64,000 nucleotides of DNA from a virus (Duplodnaviria > Caudoviricetes), in the IMG/VR virus record IMGVR_UViG_3300021066_000068, positions 46,135-110,134 of that record; one strand, written 5' to 3'. This document shows positions 25,676 to 35,384 of this stretch, piece by piece (the stretch's first letter is position 1; each line of letters starts with the position of its first letter). The translations under genes and the position numbers were made by a program. The notes beneath the pieces are model-generated. The model saw nothing but the letters and a program-made list of their open reading frames with translations, did no database searches and had not been told where the DNA came from.

Positions 25676-26596
25676 TCATGTCTCAACCGGCTCCCCCTTG
25701 CTCACCCAGGTTTTGGCGCGGCGCTTGAGGATGCGATAGACCGCAGGCTTGCCACGGCTTTTGTCGTAAGGTTGCGCCAAACGAATGTACCCCTTCTTTT
25801 CCAGCGCCCACAGGTGCGCTCCCATGCCGTTGAACGAAACCCCGGCGATGTGGCTGATTTCCACGAAGGTCATGGACACAACGCCCTCGTGCGCACCTTC
25901 GATCAGGGCCTGAAGCACCTTCTCCTGACGGACGGACAGATCGTTTTCGGTGTACTTTACATTCGGCGGGAGCAGCACCTTTCCCGCCCCCGGGCGGCCA
26001 CCCTTGTAGACCCACTGGGCGTGCCCATTATCGTGCAGCCAGCGCAACGATGCTAAGGCGTCGTTGTAGGGCAACCTATAGCGCTCCATGAAATGCTGCG
26101 AGGTGATGCCGTCGGGAAGCAACTCGAACATCTCCTTGAGGTCCGCCAGCATTTGATCGGGACTGGGCAGTCGGGAGGGCTCCGGGGTACGGGAATGCGA
26201 CGCCTCGATGGGCTCCGGGTCGGGGTCCCAGGCGGGATCGTCCGCGCGAACCCGAAGATTTTTTAAGGTCAGGACGCCCTTGTCATCCTCCTCGGCGCCC
26301 AGGTTACGCATCGCCTGCGCCACACGCGCGTGCATTTCCGGCGTCCTCGTGCGCAGTTCGCAGTAGCGCTCCTCGGCCTCCGGAGGGGCGGGCTCGGTGA
26401 GGTCTTTCGGAGCGAACGCTGGGGTGAGGGTTTGCGCCTCGTTGACCAGATAGGCTTCGGCCCGCTCCTTGGAGGGAAACGCCGCAATCTGCCGGTGCCA
26501 CTCACCCAGGGACGGGTGGCTCCAGAAGACAGCATGTTGTCCATCGGGAAGCTGGCCCAGCCAGAACCCCCCCTTGGTGGCGTCGAACCTACTCAT
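25676..26596 (-). CDS. Winged-helix DNA-binding protein
   Basis: C-terminal LSVRQEKVL...EISHIAGVS...LWALEKKGYI. Confidence 0.7.
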   Translation of the reverse strand: MSRFDATKGGFWLGQLPDGQHAVFWSHPSLGEWHRQIAAFPSKERAEAYLVNEAQTLTPAFAPKDLTEPAPPEAEERYCELRTRTPEMHARVAQAMRNLGAEEDDKGVLTLKNLRVRADDPAWDPDPEPIEASHSRTPEPSRLPSPDQMLADLKEMFELLPDGITSQHFMERYRLPYNDALASLRWLHDNGHAQWVYKGGRPGAGKVLLPPNVKYTENDLSVRQEKVLQALIEGAHEGVVSMTFVEISHIAGVSFNGMGAHLWALEKKGYIRLAQPYDKSRGKPAVYRILKRRAKTWVSKGEPVET

Positions 26597-26603
26597 CGGA
26601 CCC

Positions 26604-27488
26604 TTACGCGAACATATCCTGGTAGCGGCGGTAGTAGATCAGGGTCAGGCATTCCCAGGCCGCCATGCCGGTCTCCAGGGACTGCTGCTTGGCGGCGCCC
26701 AGGGTCTTGCCGTCGTGCTCGGATTGAATGGTAGTGGCCAGCTTCTGGGCGTCGATGTGATCGGAATACTCATCCGCGTGCAGGAGCTTGGCGACCGCCT
26801 TGATATGCTGGTCGCGGACGGGACGCAGGTAGCATTCCCCGAGCACCTTGGCGACCTTCTTGGCTTTGCTGTCGCCGTAGTTGCGCAGCAGCCAGTAGAA
26901 GGCGTGGACGGCCACCGTGCCGTTGGGCGCCGATTCCTTTCCGGCGCTGGAGAGGAGCGTAATCCCCCCGGCCCCCAAGACCGCTTCGACGCGCTCGGCC
27001 TCTTCCTCTCCGGCCGTGAGTCGGGCCCGATGAATCTGGTAGGTCTGCATGCCGACGCGTTCGGTGTTGTGGCCGATGAACGCCTTGGCCTGCTCCTTGG
27101 CCGTCTTCGCTTGCACCACGAAGATCGGAATCTTATCGACATTGGGATGCGAGGCAGCGGCCGTCGCCACGTGCTGGCCATCGATGACCACATAGGCGCC
27201 CCCGTGAATCTTGGTAACCACCGGGGGCTTGAATTTGGTCCAATCCCACTGGGAAATCATCTTCTCGATAAGCCGAATGCCCGCCGAGGTGATGTTGCGC
27301 TGGTAGCTGTCATCGACGAACAGAGAGGCCGGATCGACATAGTCGATGGTCGGCATATCTCCCTTGACCTGACTTTCCTTGGGGGCATTGGCGAGCGGCG
27401 AGATGCGGCGGAACTGCTTGACCCCCGAGGCCGGTTTGCCCGGATCGGTCTTCGGACGCTCTGACGTTAGATTGGCTTCAAGGGGCAT
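26604..27488 (-). CDS. ParB-like (DUF6551-type) protein
   Basis: VDDSYQR...YVVIDGQH...EQAKAFIGHN. Confidence 0.75.
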   Translation of the reverse strand: MPLEANLTSERPKTDPGKPASGVKQFRRISPLANAPKESQVKGDMPTIDYVDPASLFVDDSYQRNITSAGIRLIEKMISQWDWTKFKPPVVTKIHGGAYVVIDGQHVATAAASHPNVDKIPIFVVQAKTAKEQAKAFIGHNTERVGMQTYQIHRARLTAGEEEAERVEAVLGAGGITLLSSAGKESAPNGTVAVHAFYWLLRNYGDSKAKKVAKVLGECYLRPVRDQHIKAVAKLLHADEYSDHIDAQKLATTIQSEHDGKTLGAAKQQSLETGMAAWECLTLIYYRRYQDMFA

Positions 27489-27693
27489 CAGGCCCTCCCG
27501 TCGTTGCATTTACCTCTACGTCTATATACCCGGTATAGGGGCCACCGAAGACACACGCGCCGTTTTTCTTATCGTCCTTGCTGGTTATGAACAGCCAGCA
27601 TTTCTTGCAGCACGGGCATGACCAGGGGATCACCCTGTCCTCCTTGTCCGTGCAGTAAACGTTGAAGGCGATACCCAGGTCATTGCCGTTCAT
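27478..27693 (-). CDS. Small Cys-rich protein
   Basis: CPCC...CVFGGPY. Confidence 0.5.
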   Translation of the reverse strand: MNGNDLGIAFNVYCTDKEDRVIPWSCPCCKKCWLFITSKDDKKNGACVFGGPYTGYIDVEVNATTGGPDAP

Positions 27694-27866
27694 CGCGCAT
27701 TGGCGCGCTTTCTCTCTTTGGGAAGGCCGTGACGCTCCAGCAGGGCGCGAATGGCGTCCTCGATGAGGGTTGTGCGGCTGGGCTTGTGCTCCAGCTTTTT
27801 CTGCAAAGCGTCTAGCCCGTGCAGCAATTCCGGGTCTATTCTGAGCGCGAGAGCGGTTTTTGCCAT
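27690..27866 (-). CDS. Ribbon-helix-helix regulator
   Basis: LALRIDPELL..LD...SRTTLIEDAI. Confidence 0.8.
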   Translation of the reverse strand: MAKTALALRIDPELLHGLDALQKKLEHKPSRTTLIEDAIRALLERHGLPKERKRANAR

Positions 27867-27871
27867 GGCAC

Positions 27872-27967
27872 GCATGTTACCGCGGCGTCACTGCAACCGT
27901 CAATGCGAATATCGCCCTGTGGATAAGCGTATTGCGTATTGACGCTGCGATACACGTAGGGCATAGT
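27872..27967. promoter_or_regulatory. Divergent sigma70-type promoters
   Basis: Plus TTGACG-17-CATAGT; minus TTGACG-18-TAACAT. Confidence 0.6.
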
Positions 27968-27998
27968 CCGTGACATCAGACGACGACGGAGAGACGCC

Positions 27999-28295
27999 AT
28001 GGACGCCACAGTTGGAACCCACGGGACCTATCAGATCGGCAGCGACAGCTACCCGGTCACGGTCATCAAGGTGGAGCGCAATGGGCGCATCGTCACCGTG
28101 CAGTTCGATACCTTCAAACACACGGGCGGCTCCAACTATTACGGCCAGCAGCGTTACATGGTCTTCCGCAACGAGAAGGGCCGCACCGAGACGTTCACCT
28201 GGAAGCCCAGCGCCAAGGCCTACACCCTGAAGGGGGCTCGGCATGGCTTCCTGCACCTCGGCGAATGGGGTGCTTATCAGGACCCGGGGTTCTGA
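27999..28295 (+). CDS. Hypothetical early protein
   Basis: GSDSYPVTV...YQDPGF; GGAG RBS. Confidence 0.7.
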   Translation: MDATVGTHGTYQIGSDSYPVTVIKVERNGRIVTVQFDTFKHTGGSNYYGQQRYMVFRNEKGRTETFTWKPSAKAYTLKGARHGFLHLGEWGAYQDPGF

Positions 28296-28296
28296 C

Positions 28297-28482
28297 ATGG
28301 CCAGCTACCGCGCCGCCATCGCCTGGATGGTTTTGAACGACGACACCGAGTGGGTGGATAACGGTGACCCGCAATCCGTCACTGCCGCCCTGGTGGCCGA
28401 CCTGTTCGGGAAAGACGACGACAAGGTGCTCCAGGACCTCAAGCGGCTGAAGGCAAAGTTGCACAAGGAGAAGGTTTCATGA
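28297..28482 (+). CDS. Hypothetical protein
   Basis: MASYRAAIAWMVLNDD...LVADLFG. Confidence 0.65.
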   Translation: MASYRAAIAWMVLNDDTEWVDNGDPQSVTAALVADLFGKDDDKVLQDLKRLKAKLHKEKVS

Positions 28483-28682
28483 GTCTCGTGGACACAAAGT
28501 ACGTAGACGACATCGCCGCCATCGTGCGCGAGGCCCGTATCGTCATTGCCGATGCCGAGGGCCACAACGTCGATACCCTCACCCTTGGCGCCGCTGAGCG
28601 GTTGGTCGGCAAAATCAACCTGCTCATCGAGACCGATAAGGCGGCTCTGGGCTCGGATTACAAATCGCGGAGCACACGCTAA
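28479..28682 (+). CDS. Hypothetical protein
   Basis: ATGA-coupled ORF. Confidence 0.6.
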   Translation: MSLVDTKYVDDIAAIVREARIVIADAEGHNVDTLTLGAAERLVGKINLLIETDKAALGSDYKSRSTR

Positions 28683-28888
28683 TGGCCCTCGCAGCCAAAT
28701 ACGCCAATCACCCGGAAGCCGACACCGCATGGCGGCAGGCCAATACCGCCATCAAGGCGCTGATCATGGTGGCCGCCAACTGCGACCGGAAACGGGCCGA
28801 TGACATCTACATGAAGATGCCCGAGGGGTTCATGAACCAACTCGTGGACGATATGCACAAGCTCTACATCATCGCGTGTGACCAGTAG
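28682..28888 (+). CDS. Hypothetical protein
   Basis: TAATG-coupled ORF. Confidence 0.6.
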   Translation: MALAAKYANHPEADTAWRQANTAIKALIMVAANCDRKRADDIYMKMPEGFMNQLVDDMHKLYIIACDQ

Positions 28889-29156
28889 TCTTTGCGTGAA
28901 CCCAATCTTAACCCCTTTTCTTGGAGACTTAAGCTCATGAAGACCTATCTCGTACCGGAAACCCCTGTCATCGATCCTGTGGAGGACGACGATCAGGGGG
29001 AGTGGAAGCAGGTGTTTGACTGTCTACCGTGTAATGTGCGTGAGCTATTGTTATCGGGGCAGAAGCTGGAGGGCTGACGCCTCACAGCACGGCTGTTTCG
29101 GCTATCGGGACCGGGCGCGTAAGGGCCCGGCCCGATAGGAGGGGAAGAGAGCAAGA

Positions 29157-29408
29157 ATGGCAAAAACCATCCTAAGCGACCGGCCAGACGGCTGTAATTT
29201 CTATTACGGGTTCGTCGAGGGCGACAGCCGCCAAATCAACGTCCGCATCGAAGGCACCGAAGAATACCCCAAGGGCTACTGGCGGGCCTATGTGGGTGGT
29301 GAACCCATAGGGTGCTTCAGCACCAAGGAATTTGCCGAGCAGCAGGCCATTGCCTGGATCAAAGCCAACCCGGAGGAAGATGGCCCGACCTGGGTGGGCG
29401 ACGAATGA
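29157..29408 (+). CDS. Hypothetical protein
   Basis: 83 aa, purine-rich RBS. Confidence 0.6.
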   Translation: MAKTILSDRPDGCNFYYGFVEGDSRQINVRIEGTEEYPKGYWRAYVGGEPIGCFSTKEFAEQQAIAWIKANPEEDGPTWVGDE

Positions 29409-29638
29409 CCCGATCTTACGAGGACATGGCCGACCTGTGGAAGCGGCTGCCCCATCACTACAAGAACTCGACCGACGCCCATTACGTCAAGGTGTTTAGG
29501 GAAGAGAAACCGTGTTGGATTAGGTTGTCGCAAGTGAGCGAAGCCGAGTGGTCGATCTTAAAGGCGGTGGCTTCGGCTACGGACAGTCACCGTCGGCAGG
29601 CGACGAAAAAGCGTATCGAGAGGGAACAAAAGTCATGA
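29405..29638 (+). CDS. Hypothetical protein
   Basis: ATGA-coupled ORF. Confidence 0.5.
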   Translation: MTRSYEDMADLWKRLPHHYKNSTDAHYVKVFREEKPCWIRLSQVSEAEWSILKAVASATDSHRRQATKKRIEREQKS

Positions 29639-29841
29639 GTGCCAAGCTAGCCATCTGCGTCTGCACCGATGTGGGGCAGGAAGTCCTGCGTACCGATGCC
29701 TCCCCGCAAGAGGCGATTGACCTGATGCGCGAAGCTTGCGCCAACCCGGAGTATCAAGCGGTGTGGGCGCGGCGTGAGCGCGCCGATGGCTCAACGCACG
29801 TGGTGTACTTGAGTGAATTGGAGGAGAAGTTTGCGTATTGA
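29635..29841 (+). CDS. Hypothetical protein
   Basis: ATGA-coupled ORF. Confidence 0.5.
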   Translation: MSAKLAICVCTDVGQEVLRTDASPQEAIDLMREACANPEYQAVWARRERADGSTHVVYLSELEEKFAY

Positions 29842-30234
29842 ATTGGTCTGACGGCCCCTCCTTGCCGATCAGGCCAATAGCCGGGTGCGCTCCTTCAGGT
29901 GGCGTAGTCGAAGCTGCACCCGGCACCTCTTAAGCGTAACGATGGCTGCTGAACGTGTCACGCTTTTGGAGTAGAGTCGAAAAAGGGTTCGCGACAGGTG
30001 GTCACCACGCCGCGAACCCCAGTTGAGTGCGTATCCCGTCTGTAGCGTTGCGTAGATTGGAGCCCAGCACAAAGCCTTGCAGAAGGAACGCACCTGATGG
30101 ACTTGATAGCCTTGGTTTTGATCCCTGTCACGGTCGTGGCGGCAACATGCTGTGGAGTTCTCTCACTTCTGTTCTTTTTCACAGGCGAGGTGTAGAGTTG
30201 TATGGGGTGACGCCTAGGCAGTATCGACTGCCTA

Positions 30235-30264
30235 GGCTACCTCGCGAGTTGGCTCGGTAGCGCC
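30235..30264 (-). repeat. Dispersed hairpin motif, copy 1
   Basis: GGCTACCTCGC..GGCTCGGTAG, also at 44584. Confidence 0.55.
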
Positions 30265-30422
30265 AAGGGGCGCTGAGTGAAGGAAGTACTACTGATGCCA
30301 CGCGATCATCGTGCCGACCCGGACTGCACCCTCTGCCGCGGCACCGGCACCGTTATTGAAAACGAGCGCGTCATCAAGGGCGAGTACTAGCTTCCTGGAT
30401 TGTATCTGCCTTTCACTCAGAC

Positions 30423-30487
30423 GCGAAGCGTCTATCGAGCGCAGCGAGATAGGCGAAAGCCCCGTGGGCTGAGCCGTCAACCCTAAC
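30423..30487 (+). repeat. Dispersed hairpin motif, copy 2
   Basis: GCGAAGC..CTATCGAGCGCAGCGAGATAGGCGAA-hairpin-GAGCCGTCA, near-identical to 35056-35113. Confidence 0.7.
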
Positions 30488-30502
30488 AGGAGCCCCAATC
30501 CC

Positions 30503-30721
30503 ATGATCACCGACAGATACCTTCAAGTCGCCTTCGATGTCATCCGCCACGACCCCAGCGAGGAGGTGGCCAAGGCCCACCTCAAGGCCTTTCTGGAAGA
30601 CGCCCGCCAGCAGGGATTTGTGGATGCCCTGGTACCGCGCTCGCCGGGACAGGCGGTTCACCACATCGACGGCAACCCGAAGAACAACGACCGGGCCAAC
30701 CTCGCCATCGTTGACCGATGA
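30503..30721 (+). CDS. Truncated HNH-motif protein
   Basis: VHHIDGNPKNNDRANL. Confidence 0.6.
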   Translation: MITDRYLQVAFDVIRHDPSEEVAKAHLKAFLEDARQQGFVDALVPRSPGQAVHHIDGNPKNNDRANLAIVDR

Positions 30722-30939
30722 CCACCAAGTCGGTCACCCTGCACCTGCCTATACGCGCCTACCGGCGCTTAGAGAGCCTAAAGAGCGAGACCGAGGCCAA
30801 GACCTATACCGAGGTCGTCGCCCGCGCCCTGCGCCTCTATGAGGCGTGCGTGGAGTCCGAGCTTGGCGGGGCCACGGTGAAGATCATCTGGCCCAATGGC
30901 AAGACCGAGGATGCCCTTGAATCCCTTAGAAGAAATTGA
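30718..30939 (+). CDS. Ribbon-helix-helix-like protein
   Basis: VTLHLP...LESLK...TYTEVVARALRLYE. Confidence 0.65.
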   Translation: MTTKSVTLHLPIRAYRRLESLKSETEAKTYTEVVARALRLYEACVESELGGATVKIIWPNGKTEDALESLRRN

Positions 30940-31288
30940 AAGAATCGAGAAGGTTTCATGTGAAACTCAAGCGACCTGCCCAAGTTGTAGGGCCCTCAAG
31001 CTGTCGCCGGGGCCGTGTCTAGGGTGCCGAATTCTCCACTCCGTCACCCTTAAGCGCAACGGTTGCTGGCGTTGGAACGGCGCCACCCGCAAAGACTTTG
31101 CCTACATGCGCACCTTTTATGGGGGCTACAGCGCCCACCGCATCGCCTGGGCGATCTGGCGGGCTGACGCCCCCTTCGGGGCCCAGATCGAGCAGACGTG
31201 CGGCAACCACGACTGTGTCAACCCCGAGCATCTGCGTTTGAAGATCGGAGCATCCTTGCGGGAGTCTCTAGCCGGAAAAGGCCGCTAA
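30911..31288 (+). CDS. HNH endonuclease-like protein (degenerate)
   Basis: CWRWNG...AHRIAW...CGNHDCVNPEHL. Confidence 0.65.
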   Translation: MPLNPLEEIERIEKVSCETQATCPSCRALKLSPGPCLGCRILHSVTLKRNGCWRWNGATRKDFAYMRTFYGGYSAHRIAWAIWRADAPFGAQIEQTCGNHDCVNPEHLRLKIGASLRESLAGKGR

Positions 31289-31594
31289 CCGTTTGATCTC
31301 AAGTCTCGCATTGTGGACGGCGGCCACCACTTCGAAGGTCTGCACCTTGTGCTTTTTGGCCGCTCGCTCGACGCTGACCCCGGCGAGGACGGCATGCACC
31401 GCCTCCCGCAGCCGGTCTTCCCGCTCTATCGCCTCCGGCGTCTTCTCGCCGTTCCGGATGCCGCGGACCTTGGTGACGCCACGCCGTTTCACGTTCCACC
31501 CCCACTCGACTGTCTGACCCGTCAATTCTTTCACGCGGGCCGGGGAAAATCCATAGTCGGTGAGGTACAGCCGCGCCCGATCCACCCGATTCAC
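31268..31594 (-). CDS. HTH-containing hypothetical protein
   Basis: GTG start; AVHAVLAGVSVERAAKKHKV. Confidence 0.5.
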   Translation of the reverse strand: MNRVDRARLYLTDYGFSPARVKELTGQTVEWGWNVKRRGVTKVRGIRNGEKTPEAIEREDRLREAVHAVLAGVSVERAAKKHKVQTFEVVAAVHNARLEIKRLAAFSG

Positions 31595-31762
31595 CGCATC
31601 CCCCGTACAACTTTTGTCTTCGGTCGTTTGCGGGCGGCAATGCGCGCCGAAACGTCCCGATATTGCTTCACCTTGATCAGCTTGCCGTTTCTGTCCAAGC
31701 GGTAGTCTTTGCCTAAAGCTTTGGTGGCCATGACGTTTCAATCCTATGTCATGACGCAAGCA

Positions 31763-32221
31763 CTATTCCGCGGCTTCCTTCAGGGGCATCTGATGGGTGA
31801 GCACCAACACCTCCCCAAACGTATGCTCGTCGTGCTCCATGGCGGCTCTGACCGCCTGTTCGGCGGTGGCCCCCGCGTGCATGGCCCCCAAAGCTTCCGG
31901 GCGCCCCGAGCCAATGGCGTAATAGGGCGCCGTCACGTCGAAAGAGCCCACGTCTTCAAACACCTGGATGCGCCCGCAGGGGTGAAAGATAATGCCCCGA
32001 TTGGCCACGTTGGGATCGTCGGATTTGGCCGAGGGTGGCTCCCCTTCACCCTTCAAAACCCAGGCCCGAAAGGCATGGGCGTAGGCGGCATTTCCGGCGG
32101 CAGCCGCTAAGCGCCCATCGGCGGCGCGGACGATCTTTTCCACCCGCCCTAAGCGGCTACCACCAATAGTGGCGCCGGTGTCGCTGGCCAACACGCCCTG
32201 TTTGTAGGCAATCGTCGTCAT
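31763..32221 (-). CDS. HslV/proteasome-beta-like Ntn protease
   Basis: MTTIAY...ASD N-terminal Thr nucleophile; AIGSG..ALGAM. Confidence 0.8.
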   Translation of the reverse strand: MTTIAYKQGVLASDTGATIGGSRLGRVEKIVRAADGRLAAAAGNAAYAHAFRAWVLKGEGEPPSAKSDDPNVANRGIIFHPCGRIQVFEDVGSFDVTAPYYAIGSGRPEALGAMHAGATAEQAVRAAMEHDEHTFGEVLVLTHQMPLKEAAE

Positions 32222-32550
32222 GCCGCGTCCGCCCGTCTGGCTTCTTCCAACAAGGTGAGAATGGTGCCCACCGGCCCCTCGGGGCGTCCATCCACCGAGT
32301 GCGGGCAGGACTTGCGGATATCCTCCTCCGGGCACCCGTATTGCAGGGCGAGAGAGGTGGCGACGGCGAGTTCGAGGGCGAGGATGTTCATATCCGTCCC
32401 CGCCTTTCCGGCGCGCAGGAACAACTCCCCGAGCTTGCCGTCCGGATGAAACCCCAAGGTGGCCCCATAGCGGGTTTCCTTGCCGGGTTCGGCCCCGGCC
32501 TTGAACTCAAAGCTTTCGGCCAGTCGGCGGTTGGGAAGACGGGCGCGCAT
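32218..32550 (-). CDS. TSCPD-domain protein (class II RNR C-terminal-like)
   Basis: RARLPNRR...GELFL..GKAGT...SLALQYG. Confidence 0.75.
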   Translation of the reverse strand: MRARLPNRRLAESFEFKAGAEPGKETRYGATLGFHPDGKLGELFLRAGKAGTDMNILALELAVATSLALQYGCPEEDIRKSCPHSVDGRPEGPVGTILTLLEEARRADAA

Positions 32551-32765
32551 CAGGTAAGCTCCAAGGGCTTTTGCGCGAGGTATTCGGCCTGGAGCTTGGC
32601 AAAGCGGGCCATCCACGCCGGGTCATCGTTGCGGTCATAGGGCTTCTGAAGCTGCTTTTCCAGGTGCTTGGTATGGGCCAGCAGCGCCTCGTGCATCTTG
32701 GTCATATTGGCCAGGGCTTCTCTGGCGTCCTGCTCGGTCACGACCTTTTCCTGTGCGTATCCCAT
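32550..32765 (-). CDS. Hypothetical protein
   Basis: GAGGGG RBS, coupled to the next gene. Confidence 0.55.
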   Translation of the reverse strand: MGYAQEKVVTEQDAREALANMTKMHEALLAHTKHLEKQLQKPYDRNDDPAWMARFAKLQAEYLAQKPLELT

Positions 32766-32781
32766 AATCGTCCCCCTCTGT

Positions 32782-33960
32782 TTAAGCGGCTTGCTGTTGT
32801 TTGGCGACCGACTTTATGGCGCCCATCATCTGGGCAATGAAATGCATGCCGTCAGGGTCCTTGTCATTGCGCAAAAGGACCGGCCGGGCAGGCTCGTCCA
32901 ACATACAAAACGTCACCTCGACGTTCTCCGGCCACTGCTCCATAACGTCGTCTAAAAACTCCCGCTTCACCCGGAACTTGTTCGGCGGTCCCAGGACCTC
33001 CGCGTCAAGCTCTTCGCGCGCCGTCTCGGAATCACCTTCTCCCATGGAAAGAATAACACCCGAATCGGTAAACTCCACCACGGCGGGCTCGTACTTGTTG
33101 AGACCCGAGGCATAGACAACACTGGCACGGCGTAGCGCGTCCTTGAGCACCGTGGGATGAATCTTCCCGACCGGCTTGGCCTGGGTCAAAACATGATGGA
33201 CGGCACGATGCCGGAGATCATCGGTCTCCTGGTCCTTGTCGTTCCCGGCCATGACCTTGGTGGTAAACAACAGGGAGGGCGTGGCCACCTGGAACAACGA
33301 CCCCACCGATATCCGCACCTCCTCGGCGTCGGCCACCACCCGGCAGATTTCGGCGATGGCGTCTTGCGGGACGGTCACGGGGCGCAGCGCTTCGGCCCCA
33401 GCCGGGACGGGCACCACGCGCCGCCCCATGCGGCTGCCGTCGAAGCCGATGGCCTCCAGTTTGCCTTCGTAGACCTGAAGACGCACGCCGAATTGCGAGA
33501 AATCGCGCACATCGCCGGAGGCCGCATAGTTGGTGGCCAGCAGCGCCAGGAGGTCCTTGGCGGTGACCGTAAACTCGGTCGCCTCGCTCTGAAGCTGGCC
33601 GATGGTCGGATAGTCCGCCCCGTCGAGGGTCTTGAACACATAGACGCCGGAGCCCGAAGTCACCGTCACCCGGCCATTGCCGGGGTCGAGTTCAAACCCC
33701 ACCTGCGCGCCCGGCAGCAGCCGTTGCGAGAAGTCGCAGAGGATTTTGCCAGGGACGGCAATCACCCCGCCCCGGTCCATTTGCGCAGGGGCCGCGACGG
33801 TGATTTCCCGCTCCAAGTTGGTGGCGGTGACGGTCAGCGTGGACCCCTCGGCCCGCAGTAAGACGTGCTGGACAATCGGCATCGTCGCCCGGGCCGGGAC
33901 GCAGCCCTTGGCCAGCCCCAAGATACGCTTGAAATGCGAGCCCTCTATCGTGAAGCGCAT
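32782..33960 (-). CDS. dnaN: DNA polymerase III beta sliding clamp
   Basis: 392 aa; RATMPI..VLL...LTVTATNLE, DYP, AIGFDGSRM. Confidence 0.85.
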   Translation of the reverse strand: MRFTIEGSHFKRILGLAKGCVPARATMPIVQHVLLRAEGSTLTVTATNLEREITVAAPAQMDRGGVIAVPGKILCDFSQRLLPGAQVGFELDPGNGRVTVTSGSGVYVFKTLDGADYPTIGQLQSEATEFTVTAKDLLALLATNYAASGDVRDFSQFGVRLQVYEGKLEAIGFDGSRMGRRVVPVPAGAEALRPVTVPQDAIAEICRVVADAEEVRISVGSLFQVATPSLLFTTKVMAGNDKDQETDDLRHRAVHHVLTQAKPVGKIHPTVLKDALRRASVVYASGLNKYEPAVVEFTDSGVILSMGEGDSETAREELDAEVLGPPNKFRVKREFLDDVMEQWPENVEVTFCMLDEPARPVLLRNDKDPDGMHFIAQMMGAIKSVAKQQQAA

Positions 33961-33966
33961 GCAACC

Positions 33967-34509
33967 TTACTCCCCGTTCTTTTCACGTGGTCCATAGACA
34001 ATCGTTGGGGGGCCGGAATGCTTCCAGTCCCAAATATACCAAGCGTGGTTGAAGGAAGGGGACTTTTCCCCTTCAAACCACATAATCCGCTTGAGCAGGG
34101 TGAGCTTCTTGGACCACGCCGGATGGCCCGCAAAAAGGTGCTGGCGGGTCTTGGCGCTATCGAAGTCCACGCGCAGCAGAAAGGCGATAGAACCCTGGCA
34201 CGGCGCCATGAGCTTCAGGGCGTGCTCGGCGAATTCTTGTGCCATATTGTAGGGTGGGTTGGTCACGATGGCCGTCGCTTCTCCCGCGCACTTAAAATCC
34301 AGAAAGTCATCGCCTTGCGACTTGTCGGTTTCGACGACCGTATGGCCCGCTTGCCGCAAGACTGACGACATCCACCCCCCGCCAAACGCTGGCTCCCACA
34401 CCTTGCCGGTGATCGGCGGAAGATGCGGCAGCAGCGCCTGCGTGACCCAGGCCGGGGTCTGATAGAGGTCATTTTCTTTTCTGACCCACCCGGAAGCGCG
34501 CTGACTCAC
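33967..34509 (-). CDS. DNA adenine methyltransferase
   Basis: DLYQTP, WEPAFGGG (SAM binding), IVTNPPY. Confidence 0.85.
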   Translation of the reverse strand: MSQRASGWVRKENDLYQTPAWVTQALLPHLPPITGKVWEPAFGGGWMSSVLRQAGHTVVETDKSQGDDFLDFKCAGEATAIVTNPPYNMAQEFAEHALKLMAPCQGSIAFLLRVDFDSAKTRQHLFAGHPAWSKKLTLLKRIMWFEGEKSPSFNHAWYIWDWKHSGPPTIVYGPREKNGE

Positions 34510-34748
34510 ACCAGCCTCATCTCAGCCTGGAACCCCAAATCGAGAAAGTCCTGCACCGCCCGGATGGCCCGGTTATAGGAGAGTTCGTATTCGTGGGTGC
34601 GGGTGAAGTTGCCCAGGGTGTCGTAGCACCCCAAGCTCTTTGCCCCGTAGGAGGCGGCCACGCCCTTGGCGGTCGCATCCATGTTCAGCCTGTCGGCTTC
34701 GCTTCTGACTTCGTAAGTCGCAGAGACCTTTGTGGGTTCATAGTGCAT
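34506..34748 (-). CDS. Hypothetical protein
   Basis: Coupled ORF. Confidence 0.5.
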   Translation of the reverse strand: MHYEPTKVSATYEVRSEADRLNMDATAKGVAASYGAKSLGCYDTLGNFTRTHEYELSYNRAIRAVQDFLDLGFQAEMRLV

Positions 34749-34809
34749 GCCACACCCCCATATGGGTTGCGGCCTTCGACGCGGATACATTTCCTGGCCT
34801 AGTTAAGAG

Positions 34810-34840
34810 TTGACGGCTCGGCTTACGGCGCCTCGCCTAC
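34810..34840 (-). repeat. Dispersed hairpin motif, inverted partial copy
   Basis: TGACGGCTC-GGC..GCC-TCGCCTA. Confidence 0.55.
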
Positions 34841-35037
34841 CTCCGCCTGACGGCTCTGAGTGAACTTCTCCAAAGAAGTGCGGTAACAGCGGCAACTCCA
34901 GCCAGGAAAATCAAGCTTACCCCCATAACCCATGGCTCAGCAGGCTCCGTCCCAAACCACTGACAGAGCGGGGCATAAATTAGGGAATAGAGAATGAGCG
35001 TCGCGCCCATACCCAACCACGTCTTTGCCGCTTCCAT
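34837..35037 (-). CDS. Small two-TM membrane protein
   Basis: GGAGGGGAG RBS, two hydrophobic helices, lower GC. Confidence 0.55.
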   Translation of the reverse strand: MEAAKTWLGMGATLILYSLIYAPLCQWFGTEPAEPWVMGVSLIFLAGVAAVTALLWRSSLRAVRRR

Positions 35038-35055
35038 TATACTCCCCTCCCCAGG

Positions 35056-35113
35056 GCGAAGCCCTATCGAGCGACAGCGAGATAGGCGAAGGGCTCGATA
35101 GCCCGAGCCGTCA
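35056..35113 (+). repeat. Dispersed hairpin motif, copy 3
   Basis: GCGAAGC-CCTATCGAGCGACAGCGAGATAGGCGAA-GGGC..GCCC-GAGCCGTCA. Confidence 0.7.
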
Positions 35114-35117
35114 GCCC

Positions 35118-35384
35118 CTATAGCTCAAACGGGATGTCCTGGGCTTCCCGTTCTCGCCGCCGTAAGTCTCGATACACATCTTGCCAGGAAGCGTAAGCGA
35201 GGACCGGGGCCACCACAGCAGCAGCGGCAAACCCAACGTTGATCGCCCACTGCTCATTGAGCGGCAGGGAAAAGTAGTGCGAAGTCCGCGGCGCGTACTG
35301 TAGCAAGGAGTAGACACCCCACAGGTAAAGTCCACTTATCCCCGTTCCAACGAGGGCCATGACCGTCGAGATGAGCAATCTCAT
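35118..35384 (-). CDS. Membrane protein
   Basis: Two TM helices, coupled. Confidence 0.55.
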   Translation of the reverse strand: MRLLISTVMALVGTGISGLYLWGVYSLLQYAPRTSHYFSLPLNEQWAINVGFAAAAVVAPVLAYASWQDVYRDLRRREREAQDIPFEL

